This document shows, piece by piece, positions 19,097-27,858 of a DNA stretch of 40,827 nucleotides (its first letter is position 1; the number at the start of each line of letters is the position of its first letter). A program made the translations under genes and the position numbers. The stretch comes from Campylobacteraceae bacterium. Its GTDB lineage: Bacteria > Campylobacterota > Campylobacteria > Campylobacterales > Sulfurovaceae. The DNA is taken from contig JALSQB010000080.1 in NCBI GenBank assembly GCA_026985655.1, positions 1 to 40,827 on the forward strand. The letters run 5' to 3'. A model generated the notes under the pieces. The model did no database searches. It had not been told where the DNA came from and saw only the letters and a program-made list of their open reading frames with translations.

Positions 19097-19115
19097 TTCT
19101 AATATATAGTTGTAC
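19097..19115 (+). mobile_element. attI-like integron recombination site
   Basis: TTCTAAT-ATATA-GTTGTAC has the L box / 5-bp spacer / GTT core geometry of attI1 (CCCTAAA-ACAAA-GTTRRRY). TATAAT at 19088-19093 is just upstream and the first gene starts 16 bp after the site. Confidence 0.6.
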
Positions 19116-19131
19116 TCATAAGGAACATTAA

Positions 19132-19521
19132 TTGGCACAAGTTAAAATATACGGATTAAGAAGTAATCTTAGCAAAACTAAGAATAAACTATCAGATGTT
19201 ATTCATCAATGCATTGTTAAATCTTTAGCATTTCCTAAAGACAAAAAATATCATAGATTTATTGTCTTTGATAAAGATGAAATGATCTTTCCAAATGATA
19301 AGAGTGAGCAATACACTATCATCGAAATTATGATGATGGAAGGTCGAGAAGTTGAAACAAAAAAAGATTTAATAAAATCATTGTTTGAAGAAATTTATCG
19401 AGAATTAAATATTGAAAATAACGATTTAGAAATTTGTATTATTGAAAGTCCTGCTTCAAATTGGGGATTTAGAGGTATGACAGGTGATGAAATAAAACTG
19501 AATTATAAAGTAAAAGTATAA
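19132..19521 (+). CDS. Tautomerase-superfamily protein (cassette-like gene)
   Basis: QVKIYG...IHQC...HRF...YTIIEI...EGR...KK...DLEICIIESPASNWGFRG. TTG start with AAGGA Shine-Dalgarno; stop TAA lies inside GTATAAC. Confidence 0.85.
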   Translation: MAQVKIYGLRSNLSKTKNKLSDVIHQCIVKSLAFPKDKKYHRFIVFDKDEMIFPNDKSEQYTIIEIMMMEGREVETKKDLIKSLFEEIYRELNIENNDLEICIIESPASNWGFRGMTGDEIKLNYKVKV

Positions 19522-19556
19522 CAAAACCTTGGAGAGAAATAGTTTACCCGTTATAT
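19516..19556 (+). mobile_element. Short, probably internally deleted attC-like site
   Basis: R'' GTATAAC...R' GTTATAT, 41 bp; the left arm is shared with the site at 20349. Confidence 0.6.
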
Positions 19557-19661
19557 TAAATCAAATACACGAAGGATTTCCTCGTTTGTATAATCAAAAA
19601 CCACTCAAGTAAAGCAGATATAATAAAAAAATAAATTATGATAATTTAATTGGAGATTAAA

Positions 19662-20345
19662 ATGAAAAAGTTAAATGAACTAACACTAAAACAGAGAGAA
19701 GAACTTTTTAGGCAACTTCGTATTTCAATCACTCATCACTCAAATGCGATGGAAGGGACAACTCTTTCTTTTGGTGAAACAAAAGAGTTACTTGAACATG
19801 GGAATACTGCTGGAGATAAACCATTACATGAACAACTTGTTATCTTAGGATTTGCAAAAGCTTATGATGTAATAGTTCGTGAAGCTACAAACAGAGAAAA
19901 TATTATTGACAGTAGTTTTATAAAAGATATTCATGCAATTATGTTTGAAGATGCTCTAAAAATAGCACCTCAACTTGTATCTAAACCTATTGGAGCATAT
20001 AGATTAGATGAGCGATATATAAAAGGTGTAGATATTAAACTATCGCTTCCTAATAAAATTTCAAATGATATTAAAAATTTACTTTATAGATTTAACAGTA
20101 ACGATATGAGTTTAGAAGATATTGCAGAATTTCATATTTTATTTGAAAGAGTACATCCATTTGCCGATGGCAATGGAAGAGTTGGAAGATTAATAATGGC
20201 TTTTCAAGCCATTCAGAATAATATCGTTCCACCACTTATTGAAAATGAGCATAGAATTGAGTATTTAACCGCTATTAATGACAAAGATGAACTTTTAAAG
20301 TTTATTGATGAGAGTATTCAAAACAGTATGGATTTACTAGACTAA
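19662..20345 (+). CDS. Fic-domain protein (class II, N-terminal inhibitory motif)
   Basis: HPFADGNGRVGR catalytic motif and SNAMEG inhibitory helix motif. ATG 19662 has a GGAG Shine-Dalgarno (track start 19650). Confidence 0.93.
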   Translation: MKKLNELTLKQREELFRQLRISITHHSNAMEGTTLSFGETKELLEHGNTAGDKPLHEQLVILGFAKAYDVIVREATNRENIIDSSFIKDIHAIMFEDALKIAPQLVSKPIGAYRLDERYIKGVDIKLSLPNKISNDIKNLLYRFNSNDMSLEDIAEFHILFERVHPFADGNGRVGRLIMAFQAIQNNIVPPLIENEHRIEYLTAINDKDELLKFIDESIQNSMDLLD

Positions 20346-20366
20346 AAAGTACAACAAAACCTTGGA
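20345..20366 (+). repeat. attC-like left arm, second copy
   Basis: AAAAGTACAACAAAACCTTGGA matches 19512-19533 at 21/22 positions. No GTT right arm is evident nearby. Confidence 0.7.
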
Positions 20367-20512
20367 ACTAATAAATTTTCTAATGAGAATTTAAACTGAA
20401 AATTAATCACAGCTATTTTTAAAATATTATCAATCATTCAAAAATCTATTGATAATTAATAAATATAGCTATGCTATAATTCCACCCATAAAACCTCTTC
20501 AAATGGAAAACC

Positions 20513-22348
20513 ATGATACAACTAACAAACCTCTCAAAAAGCTTTGGGGAACAGACCCTTTTTAAAAACCTAAACTTTCAGATGAACAGCAATCAAAAAG
20601 TAGGACTCATAGGGCGTAATGGTTCAGGAAAATCAACACTATTTAAAATTATCTTAGGTGAAGAGCATCACGATGAGGGAGAGGTACTCATTCCTAAAAA
20701 CTACCAAATAGGCACACTCAAACAACATTTAATTTTTACAGAAAAAACCGTGCGTGAAGAGTGTTCTTTAATCTTAAGTGAAGAGGAGCAGTACAACTTT
20801 TACAAAATAGAAAAAATCCTTTTTGGATTGGGTTTCTCTGCTGAAGATTTAGAAAAAGACCCCATGAGCTTTTCAGGTGGCTATCAAATTCGTATTAACC
20901 TAGCCAAACTTTTGGCGACTGAACCCAACATGTTACTCCTTGATGAACCAACCAACTACCTAGACCTCCTCTCTTTGCGTTGGCTCAAAGAGTTCATTCG
21001 TACTTTTGATGGTGAAGTAATACTCATTACCCATGACCGTGATTTTATGGACGCAGTAACGACCCATACGATGGGAATTCAACGTAAATCTTTACACATT
21101 GTCAAAGGTAATAGCAAAAAGTATGAAGAGACCTTAGCACTTAGTGATGAAACCTATGAAAAAACCCGTCAAAACCAAGAGAAAAAACGTAAAGAGCTAG
21201 AGGAGTTTGTGGCTAAAAATAAAGCTCGTGCTTCCACAGCTGCCTTAGCACAGTCTAAGCAAAAAATGCTTGACAAGATGGACGAAATGGAGAGTTTGCA
21301 AAGTGAGCAGAACCTAAACTTTAACTTCAACTACAAAGAGACTCCTGCTAAAATTAATCTCCGTGCTGAAAACTTAGGTTTTGGATACAAAGCCGATGAA
21401 AAGCTTTTTAGCGATGTTAGTTTTGCTTTAGAAAATGGAAAGACTTTGGCGATTATTGGGAAAAATGGTAAAGGTAAATCGACACTCTTAAACTACATCG
21501 CAGGAGAACTTGAAATGCAAGAGGGAAAACTTAACTTTCACCCCTCAACGTCTATGGCACACTTTGGACAGACCAACATAGAACGGCTCAATACCCAAGC
21601 GACCATTATTGAAGAGATTGCTTCTGTGAGTTTAAAAATTGGCATTGCTGAAACTAGAAGCATCTGTGGAACAATGATGTTTTCAGGTGACTTAGCCGAC
21701 AAAAAAATCTCCGTGCTTTCGGGGGGAGAGCGTAGCCGTGTAATGTTAGGAAAAATCATCGGTACAGAAGCCAATCTTCTTCTACTTGATGAGCCTACTA
21801 ACCACCTAGATATGTACTCTATTGATTCCCTGTGTAGTGCCATTGAGCAGTTTAAAGGTTCAACTATTATGGTTACCCACTCTGAAATGCTCTTACGCCG
21901 TTTGGCTGATGCTCTCATTATTTTTCACAAGGGAGGGGCTGAGTATTTTGAGGGTTCTTATGATGACTTTTTAGAAAAAATTGGTTGGGAAGAAGATGAA
22001 GCAGTGAAAAGTGAATCGAAACCCAAAAGACCAAAAATTGACAACAAAGAGCGTAAACGACTGAAAAAAGAACTCACCCTCGCACGAAGCAAGGAGAATG
22101 CTCCTCATAAAAAAGAGTTAGAATTTTGTGAAAATAAGATTATGGAACTTGAAGAAGAGTTAGAAACCCAAAACCAAAAACTTGTTGAAGCATCAACTTC
22201 TGGCGATAATGCCTTAATGATAGAAGCTTCACAAAATGTCGGAAAACTTCAAAATGAGATAGAGTTACTTTTTGAACGGCTTGAAATTGCCAGTGATGCC
22301 TTAGATGAGATTGAACAACGATTTGCTTCTCAATTAGAAAGCATATAA
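20513..22348 (+). CDS. ABC-F family ATP-binding protein (tandem ABC domains, C-terminal coiled coil)
   Basis: GRNGSGKS/FSGG/LLDEPTNYLD and GKNGKGKS/LSGGE/LLDEPTNHLD; no TM segments. TGCTATAAT at 20472-20480. Confidence 0.95.
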   Translation: MIQLTNLSKSFGEQTLFKNLNFQMNSNQKVGLIGRNGSGKSTLFKIILGEEHHDEGEVLIPKNYQIGTLKQHLIFTEKTVREECSLILSEEEQYNFYKIEKILFGLGFSAEDLEKDPMSFSGGYQIRINLAKLLATEPNMLLLDEPTNYLDLLSLRWLKEFIRTFDGEVILITHDRDFMDAVTTHTMGIQRKSLHIVKGNSKKYEETLALSDETYEKTRQNQEKKRKELEEFVAKNKARASTAALAQSKQKMLDKMDEMESLQSEQNLNFNFNYKETPAKINLRAENLGFGYKADEKLFSDVSFALENGKTLAIIGKNGKGKSTLLNYIAGELEMQEGKLNFHPSTSMAHFGQTNIERLNTQATIIEEIASVSLKIGIAETRSICGTMMFSGDLADKKISVLSGGERSRVMLGKIIGTEANLLLLDEPTNHLDMYSIDSLCSAIEQFKGSTIMVTHSEMLLRRLADALIIFHKGGAEYFEGSYDDFLEKIGWEEDEAVKSESKPKRPKIDNKERKRLKKELTLARSKENAPHKKELEFCENKIMELEEELETQNQKLVEASTSGDNALMIEASQNVGKLQNEIELLFERLEIASDALDEIEQRFASQLESI

Positions 22349-22941
22349 CCCTTACGCTCCTCTCTTAACTCATGGTAGCGAGGAATGGTTTCTAACAATT
22401 CCTTGTATTTAAAAAGACAACTTTCAAGATAGATGCTTCTTAATTTAAACTCTTTAAGATAAACATTTGCTTCATCTATTTTAAGGTAAAGCTCTTTTAA
22501 ATATTTTTCACAATCTAGTGTCATCTTTTCATCGTCTAGTTGATGCAATTTTCGACCAAAAGCAGTACTTAATCTTGTTAAGTTTTCTATTGACGATACA
22601 ATATTTTTTTCATGAAAATGAATTCGATGCTGTTGTTCATAAATTTCACTCATCTCCTCTTTTAATTGAATACCAAGAAAAATAATCTCTGTTCTTCGTT
22701 TACTATTTTTATCTCCTATTCCAAAGTTCTTGTACAAAATTTGGCTTAAAAAACTCTCTTCACTCTTCATTTTTAACAAAGAATACTCTATTGAATCCAT
22801 AAGTACACTATTTAAAACGTAATCTTTGTTTAATTCTTTACCTGCATTGCTTAAACTATTAATAGCTACTTTATCTATGATTTCATAAAAAATATTACTG
22901 GAGCTGTTTAAAATTTTATCTATATTAAGTTGGAATGACAT
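22330..22941 (-). CDS. Hypothetical helical/coiled-coil protein (203 aa)
   Basis: Long ORF. Start moved from 23025 to ATG 22941 (MSFQLNID), which has an AAGGAG Shine-Dalgarno. Confidence 0.7.
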   Translation of the reverse strand: MSFQLNIDKILNSSSNIFYEIIDKVAINSLSNAGKELNKDYVLNSVLMDSIEYSLLKMKSEESFLSQILYKNFGIGDKNSKRRTEIIFLGIQLKEEMSEIYEQQHRIHFHEKNIVSSIENLTRLSTAFGRKLHQLDDEKMTLDCEKYLKELYLKIDEANVYLKEFKLRSIYLESCLFKYKELLETIPRYHELREERKGYMLSN

Positions 22942-23206
22942 ATTAAACTCCTTATTTAATAAATTTAAAAAGTAACACCTTAAGCAAAAAATTCCGACTA
23001 AAGTGAAAGTGTAGTAATCTTCCAATTAGAATGATGAAAAAAACTACATACAATAATAACGAAACTAGCTACAATTTCATCTAAAAAGATGAAGCCTTTA
23101 AAGTTCATGTTATCTGTCATATCTGAAATATTAGCGAAGAAAGGCTGATGTTCTTCAAAACCAAGCAATTTTAATGTAAAATACGAAAAATTTATAGGAG
23201 CGTGCT

Positions 23207-24289
23207 ATCTTAGTTCATATCTGCTGTGCCGTTGACAGTCACTATTTTTTACAAAAGCTACAAATTGAGTATCCTGAGGAGAAATTGGTAGGGTATTTTT
23301 ATGACCCAAACATTCACCCTTATTCAGAGTATCAACTCCGTCTGCTTGATGTCAAACGCTCTTGTAAAATGTTAGGCATAGAATTACTTGAAGGTGACTA
23401 TGATGTTGAAAATTGGATTAATCTTGTACGTGGATTTGAAGATGAACCAGAAAAAGGTGAACGCTGTGCCATCTGTTTTGACAGACGTTTTGAAGTAACG
23501 GCACAACAAGCATCTAAAATGGGCGAAAAAACCTTTACCTCTACGCTTTTGACTTCTCCTAAAAAGTCCTTAAAACAACTCCAATATGCTGGTGATGCTT
23601 TGGCTAAAAAATTTGGCATAGAGTTTGTTGCTCCTGACTACCGAAAAGCTTCAGGGACACAAGAGCAAAATATTATGGCGAAAGAGGAGGCACTCTATCG
23701 TCAAGACTATTGTGGTTGTCTTTTTGCCCTTAACATTCAACGAGACCAACAAAAGAAACTTGCTGATGAACTTTTTTCGCCTATTTCACAACAGATTCAA
23801 CCTGAATCCATTGAAGCACGTATTAAGCTTTACCAAAAACGTTGGGAACTTGAAGAAGCAGACAAGTCCTATAAGATTGTCAAAGAGCGTTTTTTAAACT
23901 GGCGACAGATGTATGGAGAGTTACGCATTAAAAAGAAAACTGTTCCTGCTCATTTTTTGCCATTATCTACCATACGAAATGAATACAGTCGTGGTAAGAT
24001 TGATTTACAAATAGGTGACTTACATTATATGAACCGAGATGAGATTAAATTTATTACATTAACTACCTATAATAGCTTGTCAAATAAAAACTATGAAAAC
24101 ATTACTGAACTCATCTACCATTCACCAGCATTTGAAGAGGAGCTTAAAGTTAGAAATCAATTAATAAACAATCCTTATGATTTATCTTCTATCTTAGTGG
24201 TAGAGGAGATACCTACGCAAAAGCTTGAAATAATCTATAAAAGCCATATATATGAAGATGTTAAAGAAGTTCTGTTAGAAATTTCTTAG
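23207..24289 (+). CDS. queH: Epoxyqueuosine reductase QueH with apparent ATC start
   Basis: The frame extends upstream of the track start to (I)LVHICCAVDSHYFL. Also YDPNIHP, PEKGERCAICFDRR and LYRQDYCGC. AGGAG lies 6 nt before the ATC. Confidence 0.88.
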   Translation: MLVHICCAVDSHYFLQKLQIEYPEEKLVGYFYDPNIHPYSEYQLRLLDVKRSCKMLGIELLEGDYDVENWINLVRGFEDEPEKGERCAICFDRRFEVTAQQASKMGEKTFTSTLLTSPKKSLKQLQYAGDALAKKFGIEFVAPDYRKASGTQEQNIMAKEEALYRQDYCGCLFALNIQRDQQKKLADELFSPISQQIQPESIEARIKLYQKRWELEEADKSYKIVKERFLNWRQMYGELRIKKKTVPAHFLPLSTIRNEYSRGKIDLQIGDLHYMNRDEIKFITLTTYNSLSNKNYENITELIYHSPAFEEELKVRNQLINNPYDLSSILVVEEIPTQKLEIIYKSHIYEDVKEVLLEIS

Positions 24290-24345
24290 ATATTTTAGTT
24301 ATATTTAGATAAAATCTTTAAAATTAATACCTAAAGGCTAAATCG

Positions 24346-24795
24346 ATGTTATATGATGTCGTTGAAATTCAAAAAATCCTACCTCATAGATACCCATTCT
24401 TATTGGTTGATCGTGTTACTTCACTTGAAAAAGGGGTAAACATAGAAGCCTACAAAAATGTCTCTATCTCTGAGCCAATATTTCAAGGACACTTTCCTGA
24501 CCACCCTATCTACCCAGGGGTGATGATTATTGAGGGTATGGCACAAGCTGGTGGCGTACTTGCTTTTCAAAGTTCAAATGATGAAGACCAAGAAGCGATG
24601 AACAACAAAGTTGTTTATTTTATGAGTATTGACAAAGCAAAATTTCGTTCTCCTGTTACCCCAGGAGACAGACTTGTTTACAAACTTAGTGTTATTAAAC
24701 AAAGAGGAGCAATTTGGCAACTTGATGCAAAAGCTTATGTTGATGACAAACTGGTGGCTGAAGCTGAACTCAAAGCCATGATTGTTGATAAATAA
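24346..24795 (+). CDS. fabZ: 3-hydroxyacyl-ACP dehydratase
   Basis: [30 protein letters not shown]. Confidence 0.98.
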   Translation: MLYDVVEIQKILPHRYPFLLVDRVTSLEKGVNIEAYKNVSISEPIFQGHFPDHPIYPGVMIIEGMAQAGGVLAFQSSNDEDQEAMNNKVVYFMSIDKAKFRSPVTPGDRLVYKLSVIKQRGAIWQLDAKAYVDDKLVAEAELKAMIVDK

Positions 24796-24804
24796 AGGCT
24801 AATA

Positions 24805-25584
24805 TTGTCAAATATACATTCAACTGCCATCATTGAAGAAGGTGCTAAAATTGCAGACAATGTTACCATTGGGGCATTTGTAAGCATCTCTTCTCAAACG
24901 ACTATTGGTAAAAATAGTATTATTGATGCACACGCAGTTATTACTGGTAAAACAACCATTGGTGAGGGAAATCATATCTTTTCTCATGCCGTAGTTGGTT
25001 CAATTCCTCAAGATTTAAAATTTGATGGAGAAGAGGTTGAACTTATTATTGGAAACAATAATAAAATTCGTGAGTTTACACTACTAAATCCTGGTACTAA
25101 AGGGGGAGGAAGTGTTACACGAATTGGAAACAACAACCTACTTATGGGCTATGTCCATTTAGGGCATGATGTCATTCTTGGTGACAACTGCATCTTAGCC
25201 AATGGAGCAACCCTAGCAGGACATGTTGAGCTAGGAAACCATGTTGTTATTGGAGGACTTACCCCTATACATCAGTTTGTACATATTGGTGACTATGCCA
25301 TGATTGGTGGGGCATCAGCCTTAAGTCAAGATATTCCTCCCTACTGTTTGGCAGAGGGGAACAGAGCCACACTTAGAGGGCTTAATTTAACTGGTTTACG
25401 AAGAGCCATAAGCAGAGATGAAATTAATGCATTAAAAATAGCGTATCGAGAACTTTTTGAAAGTGGTGAAGCACTTCAAGAAACGGTTAAAAGATTAGAA
25501 ACAACAAGTTCTTCAGAACATGTAAAAAATTTAATAGAGTTTATCACACAATCAAAACGTGGTATTCCATATATAAGGAAATAG
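24805..25584 (+). CDS. lpxA: UDP-N-acetylglucosamine O-acyltransferase
   Basis: Hexapeptide repeats, PQDLKF, HLGHD, LAGHV, IHQF, GLNLTGLRR. Confidence 0.97.
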   Translation: MSNIHSTAIIEEGAKIADNVTIGAFVSISSQTTIGKNSIIDAHAVITGKTTIGEGNHIFSHAVVGSIPQDLKFDGEEVELIIGNNNKIREFTLLNPGTKGGGSVTRIGNNNLLMGYVHLGHDVILGDNCILANGATLAGHVELGNHVVIGGLTPIHQFVHIGDYAMIGGASALSQDIPPYCLAEGNRATLRGLNLTGLRRAISRDEINALKIAYRELFESGEALQETVKRLETTSSSEHVKNLIEFITQSKRGIPYIRK

Positions 25585-25587
25585 AAA

Positions 25588-26802
25588 ATGGCAAAAAAAG
25601 AGTGTAACTTTTGTGGTACAAAAGAGAGAGAAGAGAATCCCTTTATAGCAGGGAACGAAGCTTACGTCTGTTCAAACTGTGTGACTTCTGCACATAAAAT
25701 TCTTTTTGGAGAGGAAGAGAAGCCTACGGAAGTAACTGCACCACAAACATTATTGATACCAAAAGAGATTAATAATATGTTAAATGAGTATGTTATCGGT
25801 CAAAAGTCTGCTAAGAAAACTTTGGCTGTTGCTGTCTATAATCACTATAAACGAATCTTTAAAAATCAACAAAACAATGACACGCAAATAGAAAAATCAA
25901 ATATTTTACTCATTGGTCCTACTGGTTCAGGTAAAACACTCTTAGCACAAACCATTGCTAAATTTTTAGATGTTCCCATTGCCATTTCAGATGCAACGAA
26001 TTTAACTGAAGCAGGTTATGTCGGTGAAGATGTTGAAAATATTTTAACTAAGTTACTGCAAGCTGCTGGAGATGATGTTCAAAAAGCTGAACGTGGTATT
26101 ATTTTCATTGATGAAATGGATAAAATTGCCCGTATGGGTGAAAATCGTTCCATTACCCGTGATGTTTCAGGAGAAGGTGTGCAACAAGCACTTTTAAAAA
26201 TTATTGAGGGTTCAGTGGTAAACATTCCACCAAAAGGTGGACGAAAACATCCAAATCAAGATTTTTTACAAATTGACACTAAAAATATTTTATTTATTTG
26301 TGGTGGGGCATTTGATGGTGTTGAAGAGATTATTCAAAGAAGACTCGGTGCAAACCAACTTGGATTTGGACAAAAAAAACGTTCAAGCAAAGAGAATGAA
26401 GATGTAATGCATCTAATTGAATCAGATGATTTAGTTCAATTTGGAATTATTCCAGAGCTTATTGGACGACTTCATGTGACGGCTACCTTAGAGCCAATAA
26501 CTTTAGAAATTATGATAAAAATACTTACTGAACCAAAAAACTCAGTTGTTAAACAATATCAAAAATTGTTTGAAATAGACAATGTTATGTTATCTTTTGA
26601 GGAATCAGCACTAAAATCAATAGCAAATAAAGCAATTAAGCGAAAAACTGGAGCAAGAGGCTTACGTTCAATTATGGAAGAAGCATTATTAGATATAATG
26701 TATGAACTTCCAGAGTTAGAAGGCTATGAGGTAGTTATAACTGAAGAAGTAATTAATAAAGGTATGAAACCCCTTTACATAAAAAATTCAAAAACAGCAT
26801 AA
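25588..26802 (+). CDS. clpX: ATP-dependent Clp protease ATP-binding subunit
   Basis: C4 zinc finger, [39 protein letters not shown] loop. Confidence 0.98.
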   Translation: MAKKECNFCGTKEREENPFIAGNEAYVCSNCVTSAHKILFGEEEKPTEVTAPQTLLIPKEINNMLNEYVIGQKSAKKTLAVAVYNHYKRIFKNQQNNDTQIEKSNILLIGPTGSGKTLLAQTIAKFLDVPIAISDATNLTEAGYVGEDVENILTKLLQAAGDDVQKAERGIIFIDEMDKIARMGENRSITRDVSGEGVQQALLKIIEGSVVNIPPKGGRKHPNQDFLQIDTKNILFICGGAFDGVEEIIQRRLGANQLGFGQKKRSSKENEDVMHLIESDDLVQFGIIPELIGRLHVTATLEPITLEIMIKILTEPKNSVVKQYQKLFEIDNVMLSFEESALKSIANKAIKRKTGARGLRSIMEEALLDIMYELPELEGYEVVITEEVINKGMKPLYIKNSKTA

Positions 26803-26823
26803 AACAAAGGTTAAGGGTAGAAA

Positions 26824-27858
26824 ATGTTAAAAAGAGTATTAGGAATTTTTTCAAACGATTTAGCAATAGACTTAGGAACGGCCAATACATTAGTATTAAT
26901 AAAAGGCAAAGGTATATGTATTAACGAACCATCAGTTGTCGCCATACAATACGATAAAAGAGGTAGAGAACATATTTTAGCTGTCGGTCAAGAAGCCAAA
27001 GATATGGTAGGTAAAACACCTGGAAATATCAAAGCCATTCGTCCTATGAGAGATGGTGTCATTGCTGACTTTAATGTTACAGAGATGATGATTCGATATT
27101 TTATTGAAAAAGTACACAATAGAAAAGGACTTTTTTCTCCTAGAATTATTATTTGTGTTCCTTTTGGTCTAACCCAAGTAGAACGTAAAGCCGTTAAAGA
27201 GTCTGCTATGAGTGCAGGAGCGAGAGAAGTACATCTTATTGAAGAGCCTATGGCAGCAGCCATTGGTGCAGGAATTCCTGTTAAAGACCCCAATGGAAAC
27301 TTAGTTGTTGATATTGGAGGAGGAACTACGGAGATTGGTGTTATTTCACTCGGTGGTTTGGTTATTTCAAAATCCATAAGAACAGCAGGTGATAAATTAG
27401 ACAAATCTATTATTGATTATATGAAAAAGAATTTTAATCTTCTTATTGGAGATAGAGTAGCTGAAGAGATAAAAATTAATGTTGGAACAGCCATTCAATT
27501 AGAAGAAGAACTTGTAATGCAAGTCAAAGGTAGAGACCAAGTCGCAGGTCTTCTTACCTCCATTGAAATCACATCTGAGCATATGAGAGATGCCATGAAA
27601 GAGCCAATTAAAGAGATTGTTGAAGCATTAAAACTTGTATTAGAACAAACCCCTCCTGATTTGGCTGGAGATATTGTTGAAAATGGTATTGTCCTTACAG
27701 GTGGAGGAGCTTTAATTAGAGGTCTTGACCAACATCTCTCCAATATTATTAAACTTCCTGTATATGTGGCAGAGGACCCGCTTTTAGCTGTTGCAAAAGG
27801 TACAGGAAAAGCATTAGAAGAAATAGACGTTTTACAACAATCAGCTTATGAAGATTAA
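26824..27858 (+). CDS. mreB: Rod shape-determining protein MreB
   Basis: AIDLGTANT, NEPSVVA, IEEPMAAAIGAG, VDIGGGTTE, LTGGGAL. Confidence 0.98.
   Translation: MLKRVLGIFSNDLAIDLGTANTLVLIKGKGICINEPSVVAIQYDKRGREHILAVGQEAKDMVGKTPGNIKAIRPMRDGVIADFNVTEMMIRYFIEKVHNRKGLFSPRIIICVPFGLTQVERKAVKESAMSAGAREVHLIEEPMAAAIGAGIPVKDPNGNLVVDIGGGTTEIGVISLGGLVISKSIRTAGDKLDKSIIDYMKKNFNLLIGDRVAEEIKINVGTAIQLEEELVMQVKGRDQVAGLLTSIEITSEHMRDAMKEPIKEIVEALKLVLEQTPPDLAGDIVENGIVLTGGGALIRGLDQHLSNIIKLPVYVAEDPLLAVAKGTGKALEEIDVLQQSAYED

Noticed and set aside
19512-20366. CRISPR interpretation of the 22-bp repeat
   Set aside because: Only two copies about 830 bp apart, separated by a whole gene, with no cas genes.
22998-23120. 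40-aa hydrophobic minus-strand ORF (MTDNMNFKGFIF...) with a T7 run
   Set aside because: No Shine-Dalgarno, and such ORFs are common in T-rich DNA; cannot be supported as a gene or phase-variable locus.
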